Shown here in pieces: positions 24,823-37,512 of a stretch of 64,000 nt of DNA; the first letter of the stretch is position 1; each line of letters starts with the position of its first letter. Origin of the DNA: Callorhinchus milii (Eukaryota); contig NW_024704742.1 in NCBI RefSeq assembly GCF_018977255.1, positions 126,482,001 to 126,546,000 of the forward strand, in the 5' to 3' direction. The notes below the pieces were generated by a model that was given only the letters and a program-made list of their open reading frames with translations, did no database searches and was not told the DNA's origin. Both the position numbers and the translations under genes were made by a program.

Positions 24823-25839
24823 AGTATAACTTCAAAGATGCCTGTTGGATCATTAAATACTCATATCACAAAGATAACAGAAAATATGATGTTCTCGTCC
24901 CCAAAGACAAACAAATGTACCAGGAATATCACCTCTCTGCAATATGTGAAGATGCTGAGTAACTCTTCTAAGTTCAATCAAGTGAACTAAACAGTTTAAA
25001 AAGTACGGGAGGAAACAAATATAAAAATAACCCAAATAAAATAAAGTATGTTATTATTTTTGAGATTTTTGTGCACTGTTCTCTCATTCATTTCTTATTC
25101 ATTTCGCCCACAAAATACACAGTCACTACACTATATATTCTGTAAAGAACTTGAGACGTCTCAACGACATGATGAGGCGCTATATCAAGTGCAAGGATTA
25201 TTATTATTATTTACCCATTCCTCTGAACAAGCTCTCTCCCAAAAGACAAGAGGGAAGAAACATTTCTTTGCATAATAGGAAATCAATAAGATTGGTACAG
25301 GTTAACAGAAAGTGTGGTAGAAGACCTCCCGACCTACTGTTTGTTCTTCTATCAAACCTCTTTGTGATTAGAAAATTCCCTTCTTATTGATCATTTCTGA
25401 TAAAGTCTTCAAGGTAGGTGCACTTGGACATCAAAAGGAAACAAGCTTTTTTCTCAGACAGACACCATACAAATGTCTCCTCCTATTTGAAGGAAAAATA
25501 GATCACTGGCCCAAAAGTGAGAAAAGCCTCGGGTATTTAACAGCTGATATTGGAAAGTTCATTCAAAAACACATACACAATGTTCACATTGTTACACAAT
25601 CTCTCAGTTGAACTCATGGGAATGTGCTCTAGAAGCAGACTATATCAGAGCAGAGTTCCCACACACAGTAAGTTAGCATGGCACTTCCTATCACCCACTT
25701 CGGTGAGTCTGATTCCTTATTGAAGAATCCTGTCAACCTATACTGTATTAAAATTTAGACTCTGTAGATAAAGGTCTGGGACTAGAATTTCAGCAACAGA
25801 ATGCCAGAAAGAGAGTTGGATGATCCTAGAAAAGTCCTA

Positions 25840-26200
25840 TAATAATAAATAATTCTTGTATCTGATATAGCACCTATAACATTAAAATATCTCAAATCAC
25901 TTGCAGATAATAGATGTAAAGCGTAGTAGCAATATATATTTGTAGGCAGATGTAATCATTAATTTGTACACAGCAAAGTCCCACAAACAGCCATGAAGTG
26001 AATGACAATCAGGGAATTATAGCCAGGACACTGGGAGAAACTCCCTCCTCTTTTCAAATAGTGTAATGGGATCTTTAATGTCCACCTTAATGTGGAGAGT
26101 GGACCTTGGATTAAACATCTACTTGAAGAAAGGTACCTCTGATAATGCAGCATTCTCCAGTACTGCACTGAATTGTCAATCGAGACTGTGAGCTCACAGC
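25840..26200 (-). mobile_element. Older Deu-core SINE copy
   Basis: cccacaaacagccatgaagtgaatgac, gggatctttaatgtccacc. Confidence 0.7.
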
Positions 26201-26342
26201 CCTAACTAATTTCATTAATCACACTTAATTAATTTCATTGATAACTCTCCAGTCATGTTTATCTTATAGGAAAGTAAATCGTTACCTGTTAAAATGGAAC
26301 AATGCCATTGCTTATTGTGTTTTCAATGATAGTAGTAGTAGT

Positions 26343-26723
26343 AATAATAATAATAATAATCCTTGCATTTCATATAGCGTCTTATCACGTCTTCAAGACG
26401 TCTCAAAGCACTTCCTGGAATATACTGTAAAGTTAATTGACTGTATTTATTTGGATGAAACGCAGCAGCCAATTGTGCACAGCAGTGTCTCACAGTCATG
26501 GATTGAGTGACCAATTTATTATTATTATTTTTTTTCTGAAGGAATTATTACTCCTGGAAAAGCGATCCGCCAATCGTCTAACTTCCGGATTCCTACTTAC
26601 TGCTGGGTAAACAGAGGCATGTGGAGTAAAGAAACTTGCCCAACAATTCGTCCTGCCGGGAATCGAATAAAGATCTTTCGCTTGTGAGGCGAGTGCTGTA
26701 ACCACTGAGCTACAGGACTCCAC
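26343..26723 (-). mobile_element. Full-length tRNA-derived SINE
   Basis: Reverse-complement head gtggagtcctgtagctcagtgg, core and tail. Confidence 0.9.
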
Positions 26724-27197
26724 GTAGTAGATTTGTTGCTGCATCTTGAGGGCGACTGCTTCATTCAGTGCAAGAGAGCTGTGTGGAGAAAGGGCCTCAC
26801 AGGACAATTACATTTATTGCATAATCGGGAAGGACCTCACAGGATGCTCAGTCAGTTTTGATAATAAATTATACTAAAAAATCACGATCTCCCCATATGA
26901 TAAAAATTATCTGAAGTGTCAACTTGAAGCTGAGGAGCCCTGCAAACACAGCACTTGGCCTCAAACAAACCAGGCCATTTTATAGATAGTTTTCACATGG
27001 TGCCAGAAGTCACAGGGGCATTGTGTTCTTTTTTTGAGTAATTGCAGCAAAAAGACTTACAATCTTTATAAACCACGGGAGCAAAATAAAAAAATTAATT
27101 TGCTGCTCTGGACTCCAAATCTGTGTTTCTGTACTCCGGTCATGTCACCACTCCTGGACTCATAGGGCAATGCAACAAAAGCCTCCATGTTACCATT

Positions 27198-27345
27198 TGT
27201 AGAGTCCTGTAGCGTAGTGGTTAGAACACTCACCTCGCAAGCGAGAGAACCTGGGTTTAATTCCCGGCAGAGCGAAACCTTAGGCAAGTTACTCCAAACG
27301 CCTCTGTTTACCTAGCAGTAAGTAGTAACCCACTTGTTAGTTGTG
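27198..27345 (+). mobile_element. SINE tRNA head fragment
   Basis: gagtcctgtagcgtagtggttaga...cctagcagtaagtag. Confidence 0.8.
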
Positions 27346-27599
27346 AACAGAGGTCAAGGCAGCATTAGCTTCGAAGAGGGAATTGCATAAGTATCTAAAA
27401 AGGAATAATTTGCAGGGGAATAGGGAAAATGCAAGCAAATGAGACTGAATCGATTGCTCTTTCAAAGAGCCAGCACAGATGTGATGGGCTGAATGTCCTT
27501 GTTCGGTGCTATAAACTTCTATGTTTTGATTACGAGCAAGGTGCTGAAAATCAAGATGACATATTTGGCAATGGAATATCAGAATTGAGGGAACTATCT

Positions 27600-27875
27600 G
27601 TATCAGTAGTTTGGTTCCTGTGCCAATGATACAGCAGTCAGCTTGCTACTCAGCAGGACTTGGAGGGGAAGACCAGTCACTAAGACCAATGATGCTTCCC
27701 ATTCAACTCCTGTTACCCCTGCAAGCCAAACCCCTAATTGATAGAATGGTCAGAACAAGCAGTGGGAAGCTTGCCAGATGACTTTAGAAATAAAGTAAAC
27801 TCCAGAGAAGACACACTCTGGGAACCCAAGCCTTGGCTCTTGCCCAGCTGAACCTAATACAGAATTGAACCCTTC
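27600..27875 (+). repeat. Unclassified old repeat, copy 2
   Basis: Similar to 3620-3920. Confidence 0.55.
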
Positions 27876-28059
27876 AGTAGAGTGGGCACATTTCATCTCA
27901 CAACAGGGAAATTTCCATGTGAAAGTCGCATACATATATGGAGCTCTCAGAGATAACAACAACAACAACAACTTTTGTGGGATAGGCTGGGGAGCTTAAG
28001 GTAGTCAGAGCTGCAGATGAGAAGATGTTATTATTATTATTATATTATTATTATTATGT

Positions 28060-28680
28060 TGACGGGAGGCAAGTAGGATGGCTTCCTTCCTATCAACATT
28101 CAACTGCAGAAAGTTGCCGCTTATCCAGACCTTGATGTCTGACAAGTAAGAGGACAGAACATCGGAAGATGGGCTGGAGGAGGAAAAGTAAATTTAGGTG
28201 TCATCCACATACATGTGAAAATTGAACCCATGTCTATGGTTGACATCTCTGAGAGTGAGCATGTAAATGAGGAAAAGGAGAGGGCTAAGGGTGGGAGAAG
28301 AAAATATTTGCAGATTCAAAGTGATGGTGGTGGGTCATGCAGGACTCAAACTGTAGGAGAATGTGATCTCACTAAGATGGGGAGGCAGAGGAGGAGGATG
28401 GCATGATCAACTGTGTTGAAAGCAGCAGAGAGATCCAGAAGGCCAAGGCAGCCAAAGGATCCCTGGTCACAGAGAGAAATTACATAATTTGTGACTTTGA
28501 AGAGCTGTCTCAATGCTGTGCTGTGGGCAGGGTGGAAACCAGACTGGAAGGGCTCGATTAGGGAGGGAGAGATGTGAGTAAAGTTCGTTGTCAACAATCC
28601 ATTTCGGGCCTTTAGAAATAAAGGAAAATTTGAGATGGGGCTGTAGTTTGCAAAATTTGAAGGATCTTGGTCTGGTACAG
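28060..28680 (-). mobile_element. Old L2 RT fragment
   Basis: ORF 28346..28597 FQSGFHPAHSTAL, LLDLSAAFNTVDHAILL; a YVDDT codon run near 28200. Confidence 0.85.
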
Positions 28681-29407
28681 ATATTTTTAAGCATAGTAAT
28701 GGATTTCAGCGTGTTACAGACACCAAGCTGACCAAAAAAAAATCAAAGAGAAGTGATGTACTTTACATTGAATTTGTCCACACCATTGAAGAGAATTCTG
28801 TACAAATGGCTGCTAAATTATCTAGTCAGTTTATGGGCACAAGTTGTCCTCACACTACATTTTTGACCACAGTATTTGGTGTGCAATGTTTTTCTAACAT
28901 TTCTGGGGTCGATTCTCCCCAATCGACTGTAAAAATGTAGAGGAACATTGCCAATGCGTAGGATGCTGCATGTTTTGATCCCCACATATTTTTTTAATTT
29001 GGAGCAATATTCCCCTGGAAGTTATATTACCTTTCACACAGGGTTACCACAAAGAGAAAAGACGATTCCAAATTAGAACAGACGGTGGCAAAATGCCAGC
29101 GAGTTTTATAGTGATCTGCTCAAAGCACAAAAAGGAGGCGCAGGAGGATCTATCCTGTACATGTGTTTTGGCGCTGATGGAGCTTCCCTGAGCTTGTCCA
29201 AATGGCAATGTTAGATAGACATGGGATTGAAACAGCGCTTGAATGGGTAAACTGCACTGTAAGTGGCACGTGTGCCTAATAACGCTCCTCAGAGGTAAAG
29301 GTGTTGTCTCATGCAGGAAACCTCATGCATGTCATGTTGACCCACAGGAAATCTGCCCCATCCCAAAAATCCACATTAAGCAAATTGTTGTTATTCTTGG
29401 AAGTCAA

Positions 29408-29772
29408 AAACAACTTGCATTTATATACAGTAAAACTCGCATAAGTCTGATATGTATAAATCTTATGATCGCATAAGTCATACATCTGGCCACAGTCCGT
29501 TCAAGAGTTTATATTCTACGTAAGTTTGACATAACCCATACTTTACATAAGTCATATTAAATATGTGGTCCCAACTGATTTACGTGAGGTTTACTGTAGC
29601 ACCTTTCACACAGGGTAGCGTCTCAGAACGCTTAACAGTGACAGAGTTTAATGCCAAGGCAGGGAGAATGGGTAAGGCAGAAGGGTTGAGTCAGAGTGCC
29701 AGAGTTTCAGGGCTTACTAGCCAAAAGCACGGCCGCCAATGGTGGAACAGAGGGGACAAGGGACCCACAGAA
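29408..29772 (-). mobile_element. L2 3' end interrupted by a MITE
   Basis: Same tail as 34085-34150 once 29428-29596 and one TA are removed. Confidence 0.7.
29428..29596. mobile_element. Tc1/mariner superfamily (Tigger/pogo-like) MITE
   Basis: TIRs cagtaaaactcgcataagtc / gatttacgtgaggtttactg (16/20 match), TA duplicated at 29426-29427 and 29597-29598. Confidence 0.85.
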
Positions 29773-29784
29773 GGCAGCTCAGCA

Positions 29785-30106
29785 AATAATAATAATAATA
29801 ATAATAATAATCCTTGCATTTGATATAGCGCTTTTCACGTCGGGAGGACGTCCCAAAGCACTTCACAGAACACACTGTAAAGTGAATTGACTGTATATTT
29901 GTGGGCGAACGCGGCAGCCAATTGCGCACAGCAATGTCCCACAAACAGTCATATGGATTGAAAATGACCAATTTATTATTGTTTTGGTTTTTTGGAGGGA
30001 TTATTATTAGGCGTGTGGAGTGAGGAAACCTGCCCAAGGTTTCGCCCTGACCTGCCTGGAATTGAACCCAGGTCTCTCGCTTGCAAAGCGAGTGCTCTAA
30101 CCACTG
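29785..30106 (-). mobile_element. Young tRNA-derived SINE (short subfamily)
   Basis: Near-identical reverse complement of 7304-7626. Confidence 0.92.
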
Positions 30107-30939
30107 GGGTGGGTAGAGGAGTCAGGTGTGAGCAGGTGAGTCAGCATGACGTACAGCAACAACAACAACAACAAAATTACATTTATGAAGCATCTTTCAC
30201 GTCGAGAGTACGTCCCAAGGGGATGGATTCCGCTGGACACATGGGATTCCGAGGCACTGTATTCAGCCCTACATAATCTACACGCTACTGTTTTCCCCAT
30301 TCAAAGACTTTTTTAATGCCATAAGTAGACACTAATGATAGATTTATGCGCTGAATTTTAAGTAGATTAGGAAAATGGATAACTGAAATTCCACCTTGTC
30401 TTAGCCTTTAAGACCATTATTGCTTTTTAATATTAAAGATAAAGCAGCGATGTGGAAAATTCTTAACTTTGCTCTTAATTTGGAAGCTGCTTCTTTTTAA
30501 AAATTGTGGAAAATCAGTTTTCAATTTAAGTCCAAGTTGAAAAATTTGAACAATTTATGTGCTAGCTTTTAAATATTAAACCAAAACACTCCTACAAGTT
30601 AAGATTGGATGGAATGTTGGCTTTGAGTGAGTTATCACAATAGTAAAAATAGAAAAAAAATCAAAATACAGATTGAATTTAAGAATTTTCCAGAATTCAA
30701 AATCTGCTCAAAATTTCAGTCTCAAAATATCGCTCACAAAATATAAAGTCAATTCACTTTACAATATATTCTGTGAAGTGCTTTGAGATGCCTCAACAAC
30801 ATGATAAATGTTTACATTCTTACAATCTTTTAAGAACTACAAAGCATGGCTTTCAAGTTCAGACTGAATTGAACAATTTGCCACTTTCTGGACACTCTGA
30901 AATGCTACAGCCTAGAATAAATCTAGACACAGGTGGAAT

Positions 30940-31062
30940 GCCTGGTATTAAGCGATATTGGGCAAGAGCGGGTAACTGGACTTGAGGTACATATCAGGCA
31001 TGATTTATAGGATGGTGGAACAAGCTCGAGGGGCTGAATGCCTACTCCTGTTGCTATGTTTC
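30940..31062 (+). mobile_element. CR1 3' UTR fragment
   Basis: atcaggcatgattta..gctcgaggggctgaatgcctactcctgtt, as in 36385-36468. Confidence 0.65.
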
Positions 31063-31499
31063 TATTTATCTCCACTGCCATATCAGGTGTGACAACAAGG
31101 TGAGAAATCCCAGGTGAGGATGTGAATATGATTGGAACAACACTGTCAGCGAACAAAAGGATATAGAGACAAAACATTTCCTAATTTTGTCTTGTTGTAC
31201 TGCATGTCTTTCCCTTGTATTCTTTTCTGTTGTTTTTAACTACAGTATAATAGAATTATAAGGACTTCTGAGAAAAAATAACTTGTTTCATTTTTATTTG
31301 TATATTTCATGCAAAGCAACATAGCTTCTATGTAGTGGTGTTTGGAAAACTGAGACATGTTATTAAACGTCTACCTACTTCTTAGCTGGTTTCTACCTTA
31401 CAAACCCACATCACAGGTAAGCACTCAAAAGAACACTGATAGACAGAATGGTGATTAACTCTTTGTATAACTAAAGCCAGTATGAGGAGAGATGTTTTC

Positions 31500-31985
31500 A
31501 CCCTCATTACCATTTCGCTTGGGGGTGGATTTCTCCCCTACCACCTTAGCTGGTAAATTGTTCCAATCATTGATTACCCTATGTAAGTAAAACGGATTGG
31601 TTTCTGTCCTGAAATTGCCCTTTACAATTCTAAACCTATGCTCTTGTTCTACTCTCTTGTGGCATCCTAAGGTATTGATTCGGGTTTAGTTTTTCAATCC
31701 CATTTAAAATTGTATAGATCTGTATGAGGCCCTCTCTGAGACATTTTCTTTCAAGGTCTGAAGAGCTGAAGTTTGTTGATGCATTGCTCATAGCTCATTC
31801 CTCTAACAACTTCATTGCTCTCCTCTGCATCACCTCTGAAGCCTGGACAGCCCCCTTATGCTGTGTGGACAAGAACTGTTTGCAGTAATCAAGGTGCAGT
31901 CTGATTAGGGCACTATACAGCATGAGTATGATGTCTAGGGATCTATATTCAGCTGTTTTAGCAATATATCTTTTAAGCATTCCTT
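31500..31985 (-). mobile_element. Old CR1 ORF2 C-terminal fragment
   Basis: ORF 31795..31980 EYRSLDIILMLYSALIRLHLDYCKQF..QRRAMKL. Confidence 0.8.
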
Positions 31986-32639
31986 AACTTATTTGAAAAG
32001 CGATTGGGACCCAAGTCCTCCAGGCTGATTGTTAAAAGTAAAAAAAATGTTGGGCTTAGATAGTGCAGATTTCAGCCCTGCTAAGACATATCAACTTTCA
32101 GAAACCAATATTACACAAAACTCAAAACCCTAGAGAACCCGATCTGAGACCTAAAATTTACTAATAAAATCACTCATCTCAGGATCATAAAATGGTGATG
32201 GTAGGACTTTAAGAGGAACAAACCTCTTACCTCTAGAGGGGCAACACCTACTGGTGCTCCATAAAGGTTTGCTTGAATAAGTTAAACATTGCTTTAAGGA
32301 CTACCTCAAATGTCATTCTTGTTTGTCTTCATACATACCCAGGATAAATTTAAACTATTCATGTCCAACTATTGTGCCAAAACCTCTGTGAAGGTTTGGC
32401 CTCTCCCCCACAACACCCCAACTCCCAACCCCCTCTCCCCTCCACACACACAGTTTGGTACATTAGTTAAATCTAAAGGTACTTACCCTCCAGTTATTGT
32501 TTCTGTTCACATAAGGTGTCATAGCAAAATATAGGATAATGGCTCATTTGAATCAGAATCCTAACCAGCAATGACCGAGAACAAGCTGTGAGTTGAACAA
32601 AAATTGGGGTCCACTATTGCTAGGAAGTCCATCCTGTCC

Positions 32640-32790
32640 ATCCCATAATGCCTTCACCTCTCTCCTTCCTTGCCTCCTTCAAGGCCCATCTCAAGACCCT
32701 CCTCTTTTACAGCACCTTCAGTCACCCTCCCATCCCTACCCTCCCTATGCTCCACCCTTCCTGCCCCAACCCTCAGCTCGGGTCCAAATC
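32640..32790 (+). mobile_element. L2 3' end fragment
   Basis: LASFKAHLKTLLF followed by a C-rich UTR. Confidence 0.7.
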
Positions 32791-34084
32791 CTTCACTGTG
32801 CCGCACCTTGTGAAAAGCTCTACGGGAAATCCAAGATCCAAGACAGTAAAACATTTTGATCTGAGGTTTCACACCAAACTGTTATGCTATAGCTGGGGAA
32901 TTAATTAAGGAATTATGTTAATTAAGAAATGAAATGAATTTCAGAAAATTGTACTTTTTCTTTAAAAATAGAATGCACAATTTGCCTTGGCTCAGGATCG
33001 GATTAGGTTAGACTCAGGGTTTTGTGAATTATAGGGAAGTGCTAGGCCTCCAATCAGTACGATTCCCCCAATGGTACAGTTAAAGGCAGGTGCTCACCAT
33101 GTGGAAAAACCCACATCCTACATTTAGTGGCACAAAATGTTTAAGCTCTTCAGTGCACAGCACCAGCCTTTGTATTCTTTTCCTAGTTGTTCATCTTTAC
33201 TTTAACTTTTCTTTTACCACCTTTATTGCATTTATATTGTTTCTCTTCCACGTGTTCCTTCTGTTCCGTGCTCCTTTTGATAGGTTTAGTCTGTGTGCAC
33301 TGCATTATACCCATCTAGTGCCTTTCACAATGCTTTTTGTGTTTCCTCTGCCCTTTGCTTCTTTCGGTCCCTCTTTCTTTGAATTTACCTCCTCCTCTTC
33401 AGTCCCAGTGGAAATTGAGACCAAATGCCACTTCAAAGCAATACAAAAGAATAAAAGAGCTTAAGAGCAAGGGGAAAAGTTAATCAGAACCAAAATTATA
33501 TGTTGCAAAGTCAGGCAAATTTAGCAACATTGTGAGTCTTTGCTAAGCTGTGAGTATTTGGTAAAGTTATCTGAGAATTTTAATGATTAATTTTGAATTC
33601 TTATCCTGGATGATCTCTCGGTTTATTTGGCGTTGTGTTGAAGACTTGTTATGAAATATGGCAGTGTAACTCCATAAAAAGTCAAGATTTTCTATTCCCC
33701 CCACCTCATACACACACAAAGTCTATGGCAGCAGAGAAACATGGGTCATGAGTGTCAGTCATTGTCACGTTGAGTGTTCTCACAAAAAAAAATGCAAGGG
33801 ATTGCCTTTGGATCGACTCACACTGGAAGGAATTGATGCCAGGGGCTTGGAGCATCCAATTGCATTTTCTATGAATGATGTCTTACTGTATCTTACCCAA
33901 TCTCTTGTATCTCTCTCCAACATCTTCTCTGAAATTGAGAGTAACGACAGTTTTTCGAATTACAAAATAACCTGTTCAAGATGGGTTCTCGAGCCTTCGC
34001 AGCAGCTCTACTACATTGCCGTCAACAATCCTTACATGTTAGATGGTCACCAGTGGAGACTGAAGTATAAAAAAAACCTAATTT

Positions 34085-34345
34085 AACAACAACAAATTGC
34101 ACTTATATAGCGCTTCCACACAGGGTAGCGTCTCAGAGCACTTAACAGTAGCGGAAACTGACATAGAATCGGGAAGGGGGAGCCGGTCAAAAGCACGGTC
34201 AAAGAGGAAAGTTTTCAGGTGGGACTTGAAAGAGGGGAGAGAGGCAGAGGGATTGAAGGAGAGTTTTCCAGAGTTTTGGGGATCATGGCTGAAAGCACGA
34301 CCTCCAATTGTGGGGCAGAGGGTGCGAGGGACGAGCAGGAGGGAA
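34085..34345 (-). mobile_element. L2 3' end
   Basis: PTIGGRAFSH..FKSHLKTFLFDRAF; (TTG)n tail. Confidence 0.85.
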
Positions 34346-34454
34346 TTACAGAAAAAAACATCCAATATTGCTATGCAACATGTGAATAAATGGTCTTAAA
34401 TAGTATATATCAATAAATGGTCTTATTTATCATGACTTTACATTTTTGAGAAGC

Positions 34455-34625
34455 TCAGTAGGATGACTGGGAACAGGTTACCTGGAAGGGTGGTTGAGGC
34501 CTGAACGCTGGACTCATTTGACAAAGCAGCTTGATGATGTGGTGGGAGGATGACAGAGTGAACAATCTGGATGGATGAGATCAAACGATCCTTGTTCATC
34601 CAAACCTGATCTTGTGATCTTGTGA
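34455..34625 (+). mobile_element. CR1 3' end (old)
   Basis: ggaacaggttacctggaagggtggttgaggc; (TCTTGTGA)n tail; similar to 5885-6062. Confidence 0.6.
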
Positions 34626-36226
34626 CGAGAGAATCAAAGATGGCGATGATCCAGGCCTGAAAAGGAACATTCCACTTCTTGGGAGAGGTGTACTGCCACC
34701 CTGTGGGCTTTACCCCAGTGCAAAGCAGCACAACTCAGACGTAACCTCCACATTCTTCCCATAACAGCCTTTCATCTTGATATTTGTGCAGTGGAATATC
34801 TACAATGTCAGGATTTATGTATCATTATCCTTGCATTTGATAAAGCACTTTATCGCATTGTTGAGATGTCTCAAAGCACTTCACAGGATTTGACTGTGAA
34901 ATGTAGTGTCTGTGTATTTAAAGGTAAACACGCAGCTAATTTGCACAAAGCAGTTTCTCCCAAACAGCCATGATGAATTTTATCTGGGGGATTGTTGGCC
35001 AGGACACGATGGGAAACTCCTTTCTCTTTTTAAGGAGTCTCATGTGAAGAATTAAACATGGAATAGTTGGGCTGAATGGCCTGTTTCAGTGCTGCAATGT
35101 CAAAAGCAAGGACATCACTGGGTGATTGTGATAGGACAGGCAAGATGGGAAAAATGTGCATAGATCTGTATGAAAGAAGTCAATTTCTAGAAATTTGAGA
35201 CTGAGAATCATTGATTGTTGCTGCAGTGAAAGTGATCATTTAATTTTTTTTAATGTCAATTTTGGAAACGTGGGAGAATCAATGTCATATTCCAGGAAAT
35301 ATTGTTCCCTCTTCGTTGTCAATTGCTTAACACCATTCATTCATGAAGCCACTTGTAAATGCCAACTCTACTAGCCTCAAGTGCATGAGTACTTATTCCA
35401 GTACCAGGAGCCAAAATCCATTAGCATTAATATAAACTCCACTTGTATGGCTGTGCCAATGCAAACACTGCACTCCACATGTTTTGTATGTAGGCTTTAT
35501 AACCCAGTGAATATTGCATTGCATGATTGGATGTGCTTAATAAATAGCAAAAGCATCATAAGCTGTAGAATTCCAAATTATATCATTGTAGTTGACATCT
35601 TATTTGTTTTTTTGTTATCTGTGACTGATATGAGTGAAGTTAGCTTCTGTTTCTACATCTGGGACTATTTAACATAGACTGTGAGTCCGGAACTAGAGGG
35701 CACAGCACAAAATTAATAGGCTTTAAATGTGACTCGAGATGGAACTTGTTTCTCAGAATAGTGCATGTGTGGAATAGATATTTGACAGAAACATTGCTGA
35801 CTCCTGGAGGGATTTCGATGATTGTATTTCTTATATGTAGGGGAGCCCCACTTCCCACTTCAGACATAATAAATTGAGTCTGAGAAAAACCTGTTGTAGG
35901 TCTTTTGCAGACCTGTCGATCTTCCCTAGTTTTAGCTTTTCATTGGCTCCACATAAAAATGGCCCGTAAAGTTTTGTTTTCAGCCAGTTGAATTGCTTCT
36001 CAAACTATTGCTCCCAACTCCCAGAAGAGGCCGTGGATTTAGACGAAGGAAGCAGAAAGTAAGTGATGGATTTTAAAATTAGAAATAGGTAGAAAATGGG
36101 AGATATGTCAGAAAGAAGAAGAATGGGCAGGAAATCAGTTTCAATAGAATTCTTTAAAAATTAAAAATATAGAAAGAGAATGTGACAGAAGAGATATGAG
36201 AAATAATGAGAGAGATCTCTGTTTGA

Positions 36227-36468
36227 AGCCACTCAGAGGGTAGTGAATTTATGGAATTCTCTACCCCAAAAGGCTGTGGATGCTCAGTCATTGAACATAT
36301 TCAAGACTGAGATCGATAGATTTTTAAAAACTAAAGGGATTAAGAGATATGGGGATAGGGCGGATAAATGGAATTAGGTTAGAAGATCAGCCATGATCTT
36401 ATTAAATGGCAGGGCAGGCTCGAGGGGCCGAATGGCCCTCTCCTGCTCCTATTTCTTATGTTCTTATG
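36227..36468 (+). mobile_element. CR1 3' end
   Basis: TQRVVNLWNSLPQKAVDAQSLNIFKTEIDRFL; (TTCTTATG)n tail; same family as 60603-62270. Confidence 0.9.
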
Positions 36469-37289
36469 GAAGTTAACTATTTAACAGAACAATTTAACAA
36501 TGAGAAGTAAAATAGGATACCAAGGCAAGTTCAGGTAACTTTATGCAAATGCAAGGATTGTATTTTAAATAATCTATTTGTTTTTAAATTTTTGTGTCTT
36601 TAGTTGTGTATTTAGAAGTGAATGTCAATTTTAGTTTTCCTCCCAATGTCCTGGTCAACAATTCTCGCAGTTAACACTGGTCATTCACTTCATGGCTGTT
36701 TGTAGTACATTGCTGTGCGTAAATGCCTGCTGTATCTACCTACAAATACAATCACTACATCTGCAGTAATTCATGTGAAGAGTTTTCAGACGTTTCAACG
36801 ACATGATGAGGTGCTATATCAAATGCAAGTATTATTATCATATTTATTACTGTAATATTAGTGTTTTTGTGTATCACGGTGCAAGGTAAAAGTAAACAAA
36901 CCAGTTGGGCCAGAGAGACAAGTCACCCTACAACTGACAATGGTCAAAGGACTGACATTATCAAAAAAAATTGGATAGCTCTTTCAGGAATGGAAAGAAC
37001 TTTTATGGTTAAATATGTCTGAGGCAATCAAATCCTTGGTACAACTAGTGTACTTTTGTCATACACTGCAATAACACAGTTAATAAATCCTGCAGAAATC
37101 AAATAGCAAGGGTGAGGATCGATCAATATTTTAAAGTTTCATTTGGTACTTTTTAGAGATCAGGGGTTATTTATGTAGAAACTATCCTTCAGGAGATTGA
37201 ATAATTGCAATGGAGTGGAGTCCAATTTTGGAAAGACTGTACACATGCTCCATTGCCATTTCTTACTGGATGCTTGGTCATATTTTATT

Positions 37290-37512
37290 GGGGTCTAATT
37301 CGTAGTATATCTTAATGGGATTCCTTGATAAAGAATGCAAGTCGTGCAAATAGAGACCCCTTCTGGTAACCAGAACCTGCTACATCACACCACCAATGGG
37401 AACTCCACTCCAACACAATTTAATTCCGGAAAGGAAAACCCACGGTTCAGTGGGAATGTTAATGGGATCCTTATTGAGGAATCCCATTAAAAAGTTCCGC
37501 AAATTAGATCCT
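37290..37512. mobile_element. Old MITE-like element with ~45-bp imperfect TIRs
   Basis: ggggtctaattcgtagtatatcttaatgggattccttgataa vs reverse complement aggatctaatttgcggaactttttaatgggattcctcaataa. Confidence 0.6.

Noticed and set aside
29717..30037. Repeated ORFs ending in poly-Tyr or poly-Ile as a gene family
   Set aside because: Translations of SINE copies and their (ATT)n tails.
33090..33464. Hydrophobic 124-aa membrane protein ORF
   Set aside because: The Phe/Leu bias comes from a pyrimidine-rich low-complexity tract; no ATG start at the ORF boundary or recognisable domain.
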